Origin: Anaerolineales bacterium
GTDB taxonomy: Bacteria; Chloroflexota; Anaerolineae; Anaerolineales; UBA11657
Length of the DNA stretch: 53,592 bases
NCBI GenBank assembly: GCA_036011785.1
Contig: DASCOB010000158.1
Span: 1 to 53,592, forward strand
Reading direction: 5' to 3'
Shown one piece after another: positions 35,576 through 44,445 of this stretch. The translations under genes and the position numbers were made by a program. The notes below the pieces were generated by a model that worked only from the letters and a program-made list of their open reading frames with translations, did no database searches and had not been told where the DNA came from. The first letter of the stretch is position 1. Each line of letters begins with the position of its first letter.

Positions 35576-37546
35576 TCAATCGGTGGGTGGAAAGGTCACC
35601 ACCATAGTCATGCCCCAGCGCAAGCGCGGGTCGCTTTTTTCCACGCTCACGGTCACAGTGTAGGTGACGTCGCCGCGTTTTTCCGCGTGCAGCGCGCTGA
35701 TATCGGTCACCACGCCGGGAAGCTCTAATTCGGGCAGCGCGTCCGGGGTGATGCTGACCTTCTGGCCGATGGCCACTTCCGGCACTTCGATTTCTGTCAG
35801 ATTGTCGGTCTCCACTTTCCAGCCGGAGAAATCGGCCAGGGTGGCAACCGGCTGGCCGGGTTGTACGTAGACGTCCAGTTTCAGCGGCAAATCTGCCACC
35901 GCTCCAGGCCACGGGGCACGCAGCTCGTTGTGGGCGAGGTCAGCCTCGGCCGCGTCGAGCGCCGCGCGGGCGGATTGCTCCACGGCGCGCGCCGCCTGCA
36001 GGGCAACAGTCGCTGATTCTTGCTCCACGCGCGCCATCTCCACTGCTACCGCGGCGGATTGTTGTTGCACGCCCGCGACCTGCAGCGTCAATCTTGCCTG
36101 CTCTATGCGCAGATCAATTTGTTTTGCCTGCGCGTCCGTGTAAGCAGCGTGTGCCTGTGCCTGGGTAAGTTGCGCCTCGGCCAACTGCTTTGCATCTGGG
36201 TCGATGCCGTCCTGCAGCTCGCTCAAACGCTGGCGCGCGTCATCCAGCTGCGCCTGCGCCAGAGCGATGTCGGCCCGCAACTGCTGCTGTGCCAGCGAGA
36301 CAGATTGGGGTGGGGCCGGGTCGTCTGCGGATTGTCCCGCCGCAGCGAGAATGCCCTCCCGGCTGTACTGCCCACTCTGCGCCCATTCCAGATTGCGCTG
36401 CGCTCTTGCTAGGTCCATCTGCGCGGCACGGATTGATTTCTGGTTTTGCAAGCGCGCTTTCTCTAATTGCACCACCGCCTCGTCGAATTGAGTGACAACG
36501 TCGTTGTAATCGTCCTGCGCGTCCGCCAGACTGGCGGTGCGGCCGTCGATGGTGATATCGCGCTCTGCGTCGCACGTCAATGCGGCCTTGTTGACAGTGG
36601 TGGCGTAGTCGGCAAGCAACTCGTCGGCAATCCAGTTCTGCACATCGTATACCTTCCCGGTCTCATAAGTCTCACTTCTGTACGTTAATTGTTCGCTGAA
36701 CTCCAACTTCGTGTGGGTGTCAGTTTCCACATCGACCTGGCAGCCTTCGACCGCCTTTTCCACTTTGTCTAGGAACTCCTTTTCGTCATCAACGCGGTCT
36801 TCGGCGCTATCGACGGCATCCGTCAGTGCGCCGATATCCACGATGGTGGTGCTGTGCTGCAGTTGCTGAAGAGCGTTTTCCGCTTGCTGCACCTGCTGCT
36901 CGTAATACTGCACGTCAGGCCGGTCAACCACAGGCAGAGCGTCTTCAGCGGTTTGCAGCTGCGTCAGCGCCAGTTGGATCTCACTCTCGATTTGTGCCGG
37001 CGTGAGGGTGGTGGCGTCTTGCAGCGCATCCAGTTGCTGCTGCGCGCTGATGCTTTCCAGCGCGGTTTGCGCGCGTGCAAGCGCCAGCTGCGGGCCCTCC
37101 AACTGCGCCTGCGCAAGACTGTATTCAGCGCGCTGCTTTTCTACCTCAGCTTGCTTGAGATTGTGTTCCGCCTGCTGGATGCTGGCATCGGTTTGCTCAA
37201 GCGTCAGTTCGGCCTGATGCAAAGTTGCGGCAGCCTGTTCGATATTCGTCGATGCTTGTGCATACGTGGCCTGCAAGCGGGGACGGTTGTCCAGGCGGGC
37301 AATTGGCTGCCCGGCCGCGACCGTTTCTCCCTTCTGCACCAGTAGCTCGGTCACGCGGCCGGCCATCCCGAATGCCAGTTCTATGTTGCGCAGCGGCAGC
37401 AATTGTCCTTCTGCAAGTACGCCATAATCCTGCGTTATGGTGGGAACGGCGACCGATTCCGGAGTGGCGCTTTTCTCCTGCTCGCATCCGGCAAGCGCGG
37501 CCGCAGCAATTAGCAGCGCAACTACCATCAGGGTTCTTTTGATCAT
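35576..37546 (-). CDS. HlyD/MFP-family periplasmic adaptor lipoprotein with an exceptionally long coiled coil
   Basis: Start at ATG 37546 (RBS AGGAGA). Lipobox-like MIKRTLMVVALLIAAAALAGC. N-terminal barrel-sandwich piece: VLAEGQLLPLRNIELAF..GRVTELLVQKGETVAAGQPIARLD. The C-terminus reads LRAPWPGAVADL...VQPGQPVATLAD. About 450 aa of Ala/Gln/Glu/Leu heptad-like sequence lie in between. Confidence 0.65.
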   Translation of the reverse strand: MIKRTLMVVALLIAAAALAGCEQEKSATPESVAVPTITQDYGVLAEGQLLPLRNIELAFGMAGRVTELLVQKGETVAAGQPIARLDNRPRLQATYAQASTNIEQAAATLHQAELTLEQTDASIQQAEHNLKQAEVEKQRAEYSLAQAQLEGPQLALARAQTALESISAQQQLDALQDATTLTPAQIESEIQLALTQLQTAEDALPVVDRPDVQYYEQQVQQAENALQQLQHSTTIVDIGALTDAVDSAEDRVDDEKEFLDKVEKAVEGCQVDVETDTHTKLEFSEQLTYRSETYETGKVYDVQNWIADELLADYATTVNKAALTCDAERDITIDGRTASLADAQDDYNDVVTQFDEAVVQLEKARLQNQKSIRAAQMDLARAQRNLEWAQSGQYSREGILAAAGQSADDPAPPQSVSLAQQQLRADIALAQAQLDDARQRLSELQDGIDPDAKQLAEAQLTQAQAHAAYTDAQAKQIDLRIEQARLTLQVAGVQQQSAAVAVEMARVEQESATVALQAARAVEQSARAALDAAEADLAHNELRAPWPGAVADLPLKLDVYVQPGQPVATLADFSGWKVETDNLTEIEVPEVAIGQKVSITPDALPELELPGVVTDISALHAEKRGDVTYTVTVSVEKSDPRLRWGMTMVVTFPPTD

Positions 37547-37565
37547 AAAATGATTCTCCTCGGGC

Positions 37566-38585
37566 TCACACGCGGTGATAGAGTACCACCGGTTGCTGAG
37601 CGTTCTCAACCTCCTCCAGATTAGCGACCGCCAGTTCGCCGCGCTGATAGAGATACTCAATGTGCGCGCCGGTCTCCTGCAGTGCCAAGAGCATATTATA
37701 CCCGTGCACCGTGCCAAACAGGCTCCGCGAAACGTCTTTGACGGTGGCTGGTAGGGTGCACAGTTGCAGCACTCTCGAAAGCCGCTGCTCGTGTGAACGG
37801 CGAATCTCATCCACCCGATTCGCGAGGTTGCGGATGGGCAGCTCGTGCCCACCCAAGCACAGATTCACTCCAGGCAGGTCGCGCACTTTGTGCAGCGAGT
37901 TAAAGTAGTGCCCCAGCCCGATGTTGCGAGTGATGCTCTCGGGAGACTGGTGCGGGGTGATGCGAGAAAGAACATGGTCAGCGGTGAAGAGCACGTCCGC
38001 GAGCTGCACGCACACCTGGCCTGGGCAGTGCCCGGGGACGTGGATAAAACGGAAACCCTCCACCTCTGTTTCATCTTCCTGCAGTGTGAAATCAACCGGA
38101 ACAGAGTGATAGAGACCCTTTGCGAAGGTGTACAGTCGCATCATCTCACCTAGCCGTTTTTCAGCGACGCCGGCGTGAATGAGAAAGGTCCGCAGGCTCT
38201 TGGCGGTCAGCACCATGCGTTCTTCAAAATTGGTGAGCACACGGCGGTCGAGCGTGTGCACCCCAATGGGCGCGCGCGTGTGCTCGCGCACGAAAGCGAG
38301 TCCGCCGAAATGGTCGAGGTGCCCATGCGTGATGATTATGCGGCCCACATCTGTGAGCGACACCTTCTCGCCATACTTGACCTGCATCTCGGCAAACCCT
38401 GTCAGCAGATCATCGTTTGAATCTGCCCAGCCGGAGCCGACGTCTATCAGCGTGGGCGTGTCCGCGCCTAGCACCAAGTGCGCGTGCGCGTAGAAATCAG
38501 GGAAGGCCTGCAACCGCAGCCGGTAAATCCGAAAGCCGTTGGCGCTAAATCGCTCCACTCTAGGGGCATCGGTCTGGGCGCGCAT
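37566..38585 (-). CDS. MBL-fold metallo-hydrolase
   Basis: 339 aa. Contains IITHGHLDHFGG (HxHxDH) and a later HVPGHCPG. Confidence 0.75.
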   Translation of the reverse strand: MRAQTDAPRVERFSANGFRIYRLRLQAFPDFYAHAHLVLGADTPTLIDVGSGWADSNDDLLTGFAEMQVKYGEKVSLTDVGRIIITHGHLDHFGGLAFVREHTRAPIGVHTLDRRVLTNFEERMVLTAKSLRTFLIHAGVAEKRLGEMMRLYTFAKGLYHSVPVDFTLQEDETEVEGFRFIHVPGHCPGQVCVQLADVLFTADHVLSRITPHQSPESITRNIGLGHYFNSLHKVRDLPGVNLCLGGHELPIRNLANRVDEIRRSHEQRLSRVLQLCTLPATVKDVSRSLFGTVHGYNMLLALQETGAHIEYLYQRGELAVANLEEVENAQQPVVLYHRV

Positions 38586-38694
38586 ACCGTCATTTTACCG
38601 CACCTTGCGCACGATGCGCTTGCTCGCCCGCGAAGGTAGTTGGGGTATAATGCCGCTGCAACATTGCCTGCGAGGGGTGGATGACGAAGTGGTT

Positions 38695-39441
38695 ATGAGT
38701 TTTGCAGATAGAGTGGCGGTGGTGACAGGCGCGTCGCGCGGTATCGGACGCGCCATAGCTGAGGAACTCGCGGCCGAGGGCGCCGCCGTAGTGGTGAACT
38801 ACGCGCAGGACGCAGACGGGGCGGCCGCCACGGTAGAGGCCATCCGCAGTGCGGAGGGGGCTGCCGGCGTCTTTCAGGCCGACGTCTCCGATTTCTCCGA
38901 GGCCGAGGCGCTCATCAAGTATGTCGTCACGGAACACGGAAGACTCGATGTTCTCGTGAATAACGCCGGCACCACCCGTGACCAAGTGATTATGCTCATG
39001 CCGGAAGAGGACTGGGACATGGTGTTGCGCGTCAATTTGAAGAGTGCCTTCAATTGCAGCAAAGCGGCAGTTAGGGCGATGATGCGCAGGCGTTATGGGC
39101 GCATCATCAACATCAGCTCGGTAGCGGGCATCGCTGGAAACCCCGGACAAACCAATTACTCGGCCTCCAAGGCGGGCTTGATAGGGTTTTCGCGCGCGCT
39201 GGCGCGGGAGGTGGCGCCGCGCAAAATCACGGTGAACGTGGTCGCGCCCGGGTTTGTGCCCACGGCGCTGACGAATGATTTACCGGATGACATGAAGGAT
39301 GCATCGATTGCCAGCATTCCGCTGGGGCGGTGGGGTGAGCCCATCGAAGTGGCTGGCGCGGTGGCGTTTCTGGCCAGCGAGGCCGCTGGTTATATCACCG
39401 GTCAGGTCCTGAATGTGGACGGTGGCATGGTGATGGCGTGA
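38695..39441 (+). CDS. fabG: 3-oxoacyl-[ACP] reductase (FabG-type SDR)
   Basis: Start at ATG 38695. Contains VAVVTGASRGIG, NNAG, YSASKAG and NVDGGMVM. Confidence 0.8.
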   Translation: MSFADRVAVVTGASRGIGRAIAEELAAEGAAVVVNYAQDADGAAATVEAIRSAEGAAGVFQADVSDFSEAEALIKYVVTEHGRLDVLVNNAGTTRDQVIMLMPEEDWDMVLRVNLKSAFNCSKAAVRAMMRRRYGRIINISSVAGIAGNPGQTNYSASKAGLIGFSRALAREVAPRKITVNVVAPGFVPTALTNDLPDDMKDASIASIPLGRWGEPIEVAGAVAFLASEAAGYITGQVLNVDGGMVMA

Positions 39442-39478
39442 GGCCTAAATTGTGAGAGAGGCGGAAAGAGGTGTGACC

Positions 39479-39811
39479 ATGACCCAGCCGCGTGACCGCA
39501 CGGTGGCTGCGCCCGCAGTGCTGCTGACTATCGCGCGCCTTTCCGCGCTCGCCGTGGAGGGCGTGACCGGTATGGCCGCTGTGCCCGGAGGAGTGAATCG
39601 GCACTTCACACGCGGCACCGGCGACGGGGTGCAAATTGAGGTAGATGACAATTCCATCTGCGCGAAGCTGTACCTTGTGGTCTCGGCCATGGCTGATATG
39701 AAGGCGGTCGCGCGAGCGGTGCAGGCCGAGGTCGGGCGCGCATATCAGGATATGGTGGGAATGGAAGTGCGCGGCGTGAGCGTGTCCATCGAGGATGTGG
39801 ATTACGACTGA
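39479..39811 (+). CDS. Asp23/Gls24-family (alkaline shock) protein
   Basis: ORF 39452..39811. The ATG at 39479 follows AAGAGGTG. Contains TIARLSALAVEGVTGM...V.VEV.D and a conserved Asp23 layout. It sits in the classical position just upstream of nusB. Confidence 0.65.
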   Translation: MTQPRDRTVAAPAVLLTIARLSALAVEGVTGMAAVPGGVNRHFTRGTGDGVQIEVDDNSICAKLYLVVSAMADMKAVARAVQAEVGRAYQDMVGMEVRGVSVSIEDVDYD

Positions 39812-39872
39812 GCTAACCTCGGCGCGCATGTGCGGGTGCGACCGCCGAAATTTGCGCCAGTGGTGAGCGCGC

Positions 39873-40328
39873 ATGAAAGCCCGTCGTAAAGCGCGTTGCC
39901 TTGCCTTGCAGGTGCTCTATGAAATCGACTGTAGTGGCCATGCGCTGGCGGAGGCTTTTGAGTACCGGCGCGCGGCGGCTGCTTTGAGTGAGCCCCAGGC
40001 GACGTTCGCGCTCCGGCTTGTGGAGGGCGCATGGGGGCAGCGCGCTTGGCTCGACCAAGTCATCCATCGCCATGCACCCGAGTGGCCGCTCTCGCAGATG
40101 GCTTATGTGGACCGCAATGTTCTCCGCATCGCAATCTGGGAATTCGCTCTGAGCGGGGAGACGCCCCTCAAAGTCGCAATTAACGAAGCCGTAGAACTGG
40201 CGAAGCGCTTTGGCAGTGATTCTTCCTCGCGCTTTGTCAACGGCGTTCTGGGCGCGCTCGCCTCCAAAGAGAACGACGTGCGCCAGATGCTGGCGGCGAA
40301 GGTAAAAAAAGAAGCCAGAGCCACATGA
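39873..40328 (+). CDS. nusB: Transcription antitermination factor NusB
   Basis: 151 aa. Contains RRKARCLALQVLYEID, DRNVLRIAIWEF, PLKVAINEAVELAKRFG and FVNGVLG. Confidence 0.85.
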   Translation: MKARRKARCLALQVLYEIDCSGHALAEAFEYRRAAAALSEPQATFALRLVEGAWGQRAWLDQVIHRHAPEWPLSQMAYVDRNVLRIAIWEFALSGETPLKVAINEAVELAKRFGSDSSSRFVNGVLGALASKENDVRQMLAAKVKKEARAT

Positions 40329-40768
40329 ACGGATTCAGCGGCATTGGTGGCTGGGAACTTCTACTGGTGGCGGTCATCGCTATGCTCGTCCTCGGCCCGG
40401 AGCGCATGGTCAAACACGCCTATCGCCTCGGCCGCTGGGCACGCAAGTTCTCGAGCTACTGGCAGGAGGGTGTGTCTGCCTTTCGGGAACAGATCCAGGA
40501 TATAGAAGAAGACGCTGTCGGCGACAGCGCTGACTTGCCCAGCTTGGCACAATTGAAGGAACTGGCAGCCGAGATCCGACTGGAGGACGAATTGATGGGC
40601 AGCGTCTCGGCGGAAGCCGCGCCGGATGCGGCCGCGCGGGCCGAACCTGAGACCGGGAGGCCGGCCGCGAGCGCCTCGAGACCGGCCTCCCGGACCGACC
40701 CCAATACCGCCTCGGAAAAACCGACCTCGTACAGCGCCTGGCGCCCGCCCAGAAAGCCGACGAGATGA
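40325..40768 (+). CDS. tatB: Twin-arginine translocase TatA/TatB-family protein with a long Pro/Ala-rich tail
   Basis: 147 aa. The N-terminus GIGGWELLLVAVIAMLVLGPERM is the TatA/B signature. ATGA overlap with nusB. Confidence 0.75.
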   Translation: MNGFSGIGGWELLLVAVIAMLVLGPERMVKHAYRLGRWARKFSSYWQEGVSAFREQIQDIEEDAVGDSADLPSLAQLKELAAEIRLEDELMGSVSAEAAPDAAARAEPETGRPAASASRPASRTDPNTASEKPTSYSAWRPPRKPTR

Positions 40769-41511
40769 GCGCCAGCTATTCCAACTCCGAAAAACCCGGC
40801 AGAAAAATGCCGCTTATGCAGCATCTGGCCGAATTGCGCACGCGCATATTGTGGTCGGCCGCCGCGATTGCGGCGGCATCCGCAGTGAGCTTCTGGTTTG
40901 CTGAGGATATCATTCAAGTGCTTATCAGGCCGTATGGCGGCTTGCTGCAGGTGATTGAACCCACCGAAGGCTTCGCGGTTTTTTTGCGCGTTGGCCTGAC
41001 CGGTGGTTTGGCGCTGGCGTCTCCGCTGCTGATTTATCAGGTGCTCTCTTTCGTTGCGCCCGGACTGACCCGCCGGGAGCGGCGCGTGCTCATGGGGGTG
41101 GTGCCGGGCGCGCTGCTGCTCTACACGGCCGGCGCAGCCTTCGCCTGGTTTCTGATGATACCGGCCGCCACCGATTTCTTGAGCAGATTCATGGCCGATA
41201 TTTTCGAGGTAAATTGGACCTCGCGCGCGTTCGTCAGGTTCGTGCTATCGATAACGCTGTGGATTGGCGTGGCTTTCGAGATGCCGCTCGTGCTCATGTT
41301 CCTCGCCTGGCTGGGCGCGGTGACCCCGCAAAAGCTGCTGCGCGGCTGGCGGTTGGCGGTGGTGATTATCGCAATAGTGGCCGCGGCCATCACCCCGACG
41401 ATAGATCCGTTTAACATGTTGTTGGTGATGGCGCCTCTTTTCGCACTCTATCTTTTCAGTGTCGTGCTGACCGTGTTCCCGTATAAGGCACGCCAACGCA
41501 AACTGGCGTAA
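40765..41511 (+). CDS. tatC: Twin-arginine translocase subunit TatC
   Basis: 248 aa. Contains MPLMQHLAELRTRIL, six TM segments and the PGL..RE motif (APGLTRRERR). Confidence 0.85.
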   Translation: MSASYSNSEKPGRKMPLMQHLAELRTRILWSAAAIAAASAVSFWFAEDIIQVLIRPYGGLLQVIEPTEGFAVFLRVGLTGGLALASPLLIYQVLSFVAPGLTRRERRVLMGVVPGALLLYTAGAAFAWFLMIPAATDFLSRFMADIFEVNWTSRAFVRFVLSITLWIGVAFEMPLVLMFLAWLGAVTPQKLLRGWRLAVVIIAIVAAAITPTIDPFNMLLVMAPLFALYLFSVVLTVFPYKARQRKLA

Positions 41512-41694
41512 CACAGAATTTGCGCTACGCGCTATAATGCTGATGGCTGTGCCGGACTGCTTGGTAAGCGGCGCCCCCCCGCTGCAGGCTAGCCCGGCAT
41601 GGCTCTTTCCTTCTCTTGTGCCTGTACACTGTAAACAGACGGCGCTGAGGTACGATGGGCGCGTCTATGGCTTTCTTCCGGCCGCACGACCACT

Positions 41695-42483
41695 ATGGAT
41701 GAAGCAACGCCGCAAACTCTGACGCCGGTGCGACCGCTTGAGCCACGCCAGAGCGCCATCATCGTTGGCGCGTCCTCCGGAATTGGTGCGGCGCTGGCGC
41801 GGCGACTCGCCGCCGAGGGCTACGCCCTGGGGTTGCTCGCCCGCCGCGAGCAGCATCTTCAGCGCGTGTGCGCGCAGATAAACGCGGCCGGCGCGGGGCG
41901 GGCGCTTTGTTTCGCCCATGATGTGCGCGCCACGGCGGATGTTCCCGCGCTCTTCCAGAAAGTGTGCGTGGCGCTCGGGGGTCTGAATCTGTTCGTGTAC
42001 AATACCGGCACGCAGTACCCCAATGACGCCGATGTCTTCAGCGCCGAGAACGACCTGCACGTCTTCCACGTCAACTTGCTGGGCGCGGCCGCGTGGTTGA
42101 ATCTGGCCTCCGAGCGTTTCCAGCGTGCCGGCGCGGGTCACATCGTCGGCATCGGCAGCGTGGCTGGGGACCGGGGTCGGCGCGGCATGCCGGCATACGC
42201 CGCCTCCAAAGCTGGGCTGCACACTTATCTGGAGGGCTGGCGTAATCGGCTGACGCGCCACGGCGTGACTGTCACCACCATCAAGCCGGGTCAAGTGCAG
42301 ACCGCGCTGCTGAAAAACGCGGACCGGGAGAGGGACCCGATTTCCGCGGAAGCCGCTGCCGACCTGATCTGGCATGCCATCCGGCAGCGGCGCGCCACCA
42401 CCTATGTGCCCGCGCGCTGGGCGCTCATTGGTTGGGTGGTGCGTCATCTGCCGGGGTTCATCTTCCGGCGTCTGAACATCTGA
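41695..42483 (+). CDS. Short-chain dehydrogenase/reductase, DprE2-like
   Basis: 262 aa. Contains AIIVGASSGIGAALARRL, NTG and YAASKAG. It is adjacent to a DprE1-like flavoenzyme. Confidence 0.65.
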   Translation: MDEATPQTLTPVRPLEPRQSAIIVGASSGIGAALARRLAAEGYALGLLARREQHLQRVCAQINAAGAGRALCFAHDVRATADVPALFQKVCVALGGLNLFVYNTGTQYPNDADVFSAENDLHVFHVNLLGAAAWLNLASERFQRAGAGHIVGIGSVAGDRGRRGMPAYAASKAGLHTYLEGWRNRLTRHGVTVTTIKPGQVQTALLKNADRERDPISAEAAADLIWHAIRQRRATTYVPARWALIGWVVRHLPGFIFRRLNI

Positions 42484-42501
42484 ATCCCCGCGCGCGCCGA
42501 A

Positions 42502-43935
42502 ATGTCTGCACTCCCTTTCGACAACCTGCAGCGCGTGTCCGCGTGGGGACTGGCTTCGGGGGCGCTTTGCCATGTGCATCGCCCCACCGATGAAGCCGGG
42601 GTGCGGCGCGTTTTCGAGCTGGCGCGGCGACACGGTCTCTCGGTCGGGTTTCGCGGCGGGGGTCAGAGCTACGGCGACGCCGCCCTCAACGGTGAGGCTT
42701 TGTTGCTCGATTTGTCCGGCATGCAACGCGTGCTTGACTGGGAGCCGGAAAACGGTGTCATCACTACCCAGACGGGAGTGACCATCGAGCAACTCTGGCG
42801 CAAGGTTCTCCCTTTGGGTTGGTGGCCGCCCGTGACGCCGGGCACTATGCATCCCACGCTGGGCGGTTGCGCGGCGATGAACATCCACGGAAAAAACCAC
42901 TGGCGCGTCGGCTCGTTCGGAGAGCACGTGCTTGCGTTCAGCGCGTTGCTTCCCACCGGCGAGGTGGTGCGATGCAGCCGCGCCGAACGCCCCGAGCTTT
43001 TCCACGGCATGCTTGGCGCCTTCGGGACATTGGGGTGTTTCCTTTCGCTTACGCTGCAGATGAAGCGGGTGCAATCCGGCTCGGTGCGAGTGCGCGCGTT
43101 CTCCGCGGGCGGCATTGAGGCCATGTTGGAGATCGTTGATGCGCACAAAGAGGAAGATTACGTCGTCGGGTGGATGGATTGCATCTCCGCCGGCCGCACT
43201 GCCGGGAGGGGTATCGTGCACACAGCCCGATGCCTGCTGCCCACTGAATCCGGGTCGCGCTCGCTGGGTGAAGAGATGGGCGCGCATGAATTGCCGGCCA
43301 TGCTGTTCGGCATTCTCCCGCGGGAGCGGGTGTGGCGGCTGCTGCGCCCGCTAAATCACCGCGTGGGATGGAAGTTGATTAATAGCGCCCGCTACCATGC
43401 CGGGCGTTGGAGGGACGGACACAGCTTTACGCAATCGCTGCCACGATTCAATTTTCTGCTCGATCATGTACCCCACTGGCGGCGCGCCTTTATACCTGGC
43501 GGTCTGATTCAATACCAGTGTTTCATCCCGGCGCAGAAGGCCGCCGGCGTTTTTGGAGAACTGTTGCGGCGCTGCCAGGAGCGCGGTCTGCCCGCGCACC
43601 TCGGGGTGTTAAAAAGGCATCGCGCGGATGAGTTCCTTGTTTCCTGCAATCTTGATGGTTTCTCGCTGGCACTTGATTTTCGTGTGAGCGCGCGCAACCG
43701 CGCGGGGCTGACAGCGCTGGCGGCGGAGTTGGATGAAATCGTGCTGCAGGCGGGCGGTCGTTTTTATTTTGCCAAAGACAGCACATTGCGCCCGCATGCG
43801 ACGCGGGCTTTTCTGGGGCCGCATTCGTTGCAGCAGCTCGCGGCGCTCAAGCGGCAGTGTGACCCCGAGGGGCTGCTGCACAGCAACCTTTCGCGGCGCG
43901 TGCTGCCCGAGTTGTATTCTGGCGGCGTTGGATGA
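42502..43935 (+). CDS. FAD-binding (PCMH/VAO-type) oxidoreductase, DprE1-like
   Basis: 477 aa. Contains FRGGGQSYGDAALNGEALLLDL and PGT..PTLGGCAAMNIHGKN. Overall size is as in decaprenylphosphoryl-ribose oxidase-type enzymes. Confidence 0.65.
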   Translation: MSALPFDNLQRVSAWGLASGALCHVHRPTDEAGVRRVFELARRHGLSVGFRGGGQSYGDAALNGEALLLDLSGMQRVLDWEPENGVITTQTGVTIEQLWRKVLPLGWWPPVTPGTMHPTLGGCAAMNIHGKNHWRVGSFGEHVLAFSALLPTGEVVRCSRAERPELFHGMLGAFGTLGCFLSLTLQMKRVQSGSVRVRAFSAGGIEAMLEIVDAHKEEDYVVGWMDCISAGRTAGRGIVHTARCLLPTESGSRSLGEEMGAHELPAMLFGILPRERVWRLLRPLNHRVGWKLINSARYHAGRWRDGHSFTQSLPRFNFLLDHVPHWRRAFIPGGLIQYQCFIPAQKAAGVFGELLRRCQERGLPAHLGVLKRHRADEFLVSCNLDGFSLALDFRVSARNRAGLTALAAELDEIVLQAGGRFYFAKDSTLRPHATRAFLGPHSLQQLAALKRQCDPEGLLHSNLSRRVLPELYSGGVG

Positions 43936-44329
43936 AGCGGTTGTCGGAATTAATGGGTGCGAAAGAACCGGAGCAATGGGTTCGCGGAGACGGATGGGGA
44001 TTTGGCGAGGAGAGATTGGGCTAACGTCGAGCTCAGCGGCGGACGGCGAATCTGTCGCACTATTTCTTTCTGTTTCACAAATCATCATTTATTCTCAAAA
44101 TATTTGAATCACCCGCCAAGTTGGCCGTCCGGTAGAGTGATGACTATACAATTGATTGTTCGAGAGTTTGAAGAAAACTTCCTGGCTCAAACAAAAAATT
44201 GTTATCATAATAATGGCAAGAATCCAAGAAACTCCCGAACCCTTTTTTATCATATGGACCAGCATACATTCCAAACCTAACCAAACCAGTATCAAACCAA
44301 ATGAAACATTTGCGCTCCCTTGATGGCTG

Positions 44330-44338
44330 TGCTATAAT
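44330..44338 (+). promoter_or_regulatory. Extended -10 element (TGcTATAAT) upstream of nusA
   Basis: TGCTATAAT at 44330-44338 in an AT-rich gap. There is no well-spaced -35. Confidence 0.35.
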
Positions 44339-44373
44339 TCGGCTAGCAAGGGGTTAGGAATTAGCGTATGTCG

Positions 44374-44406
44374 GAGAAGTGGGTGAACCCCGCTTCTCTT
44401 TTTTTT
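44374..44406 (+). terminator. Strong intrinsic-terminator-like hairpin in the nusA leader (candidate attenuator)
   Basis: GAGAAGUGGG (44374-44383), loop UGAAC, CCCGCUUCUC (44389-44398). This is a 10 bp stem including one G-U pair, followed by T8 (44399-44406). It ends 40 nt before the nusA ATG. Confidence 0.6.
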
Positions 44407-44445
44407 GCCCGCACCTGCTGATTACAATCAGGAGAATATGGCACC

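Noticed and set aside
41665-43287. 540-aa minus-strand ORF spanning the SDR and FAD-oxidoreductase genes
   Set aside because: It is antisense to two ORFs with clear family motifs. Its translation is Arg/Gly/His/Pro-rich low-complexity sequence, typical of shadow ORFs in high-GC DNA.
43957-44295. ORFs of 107 aa (+) and 66 aa (-) in the AT-rich gap upstream of nusA, considered as rimP or a small protein
   Set aside because: They show no similarity to RimP patterns and have no RBS. Their composition is atypical for this genome's coding DNA.
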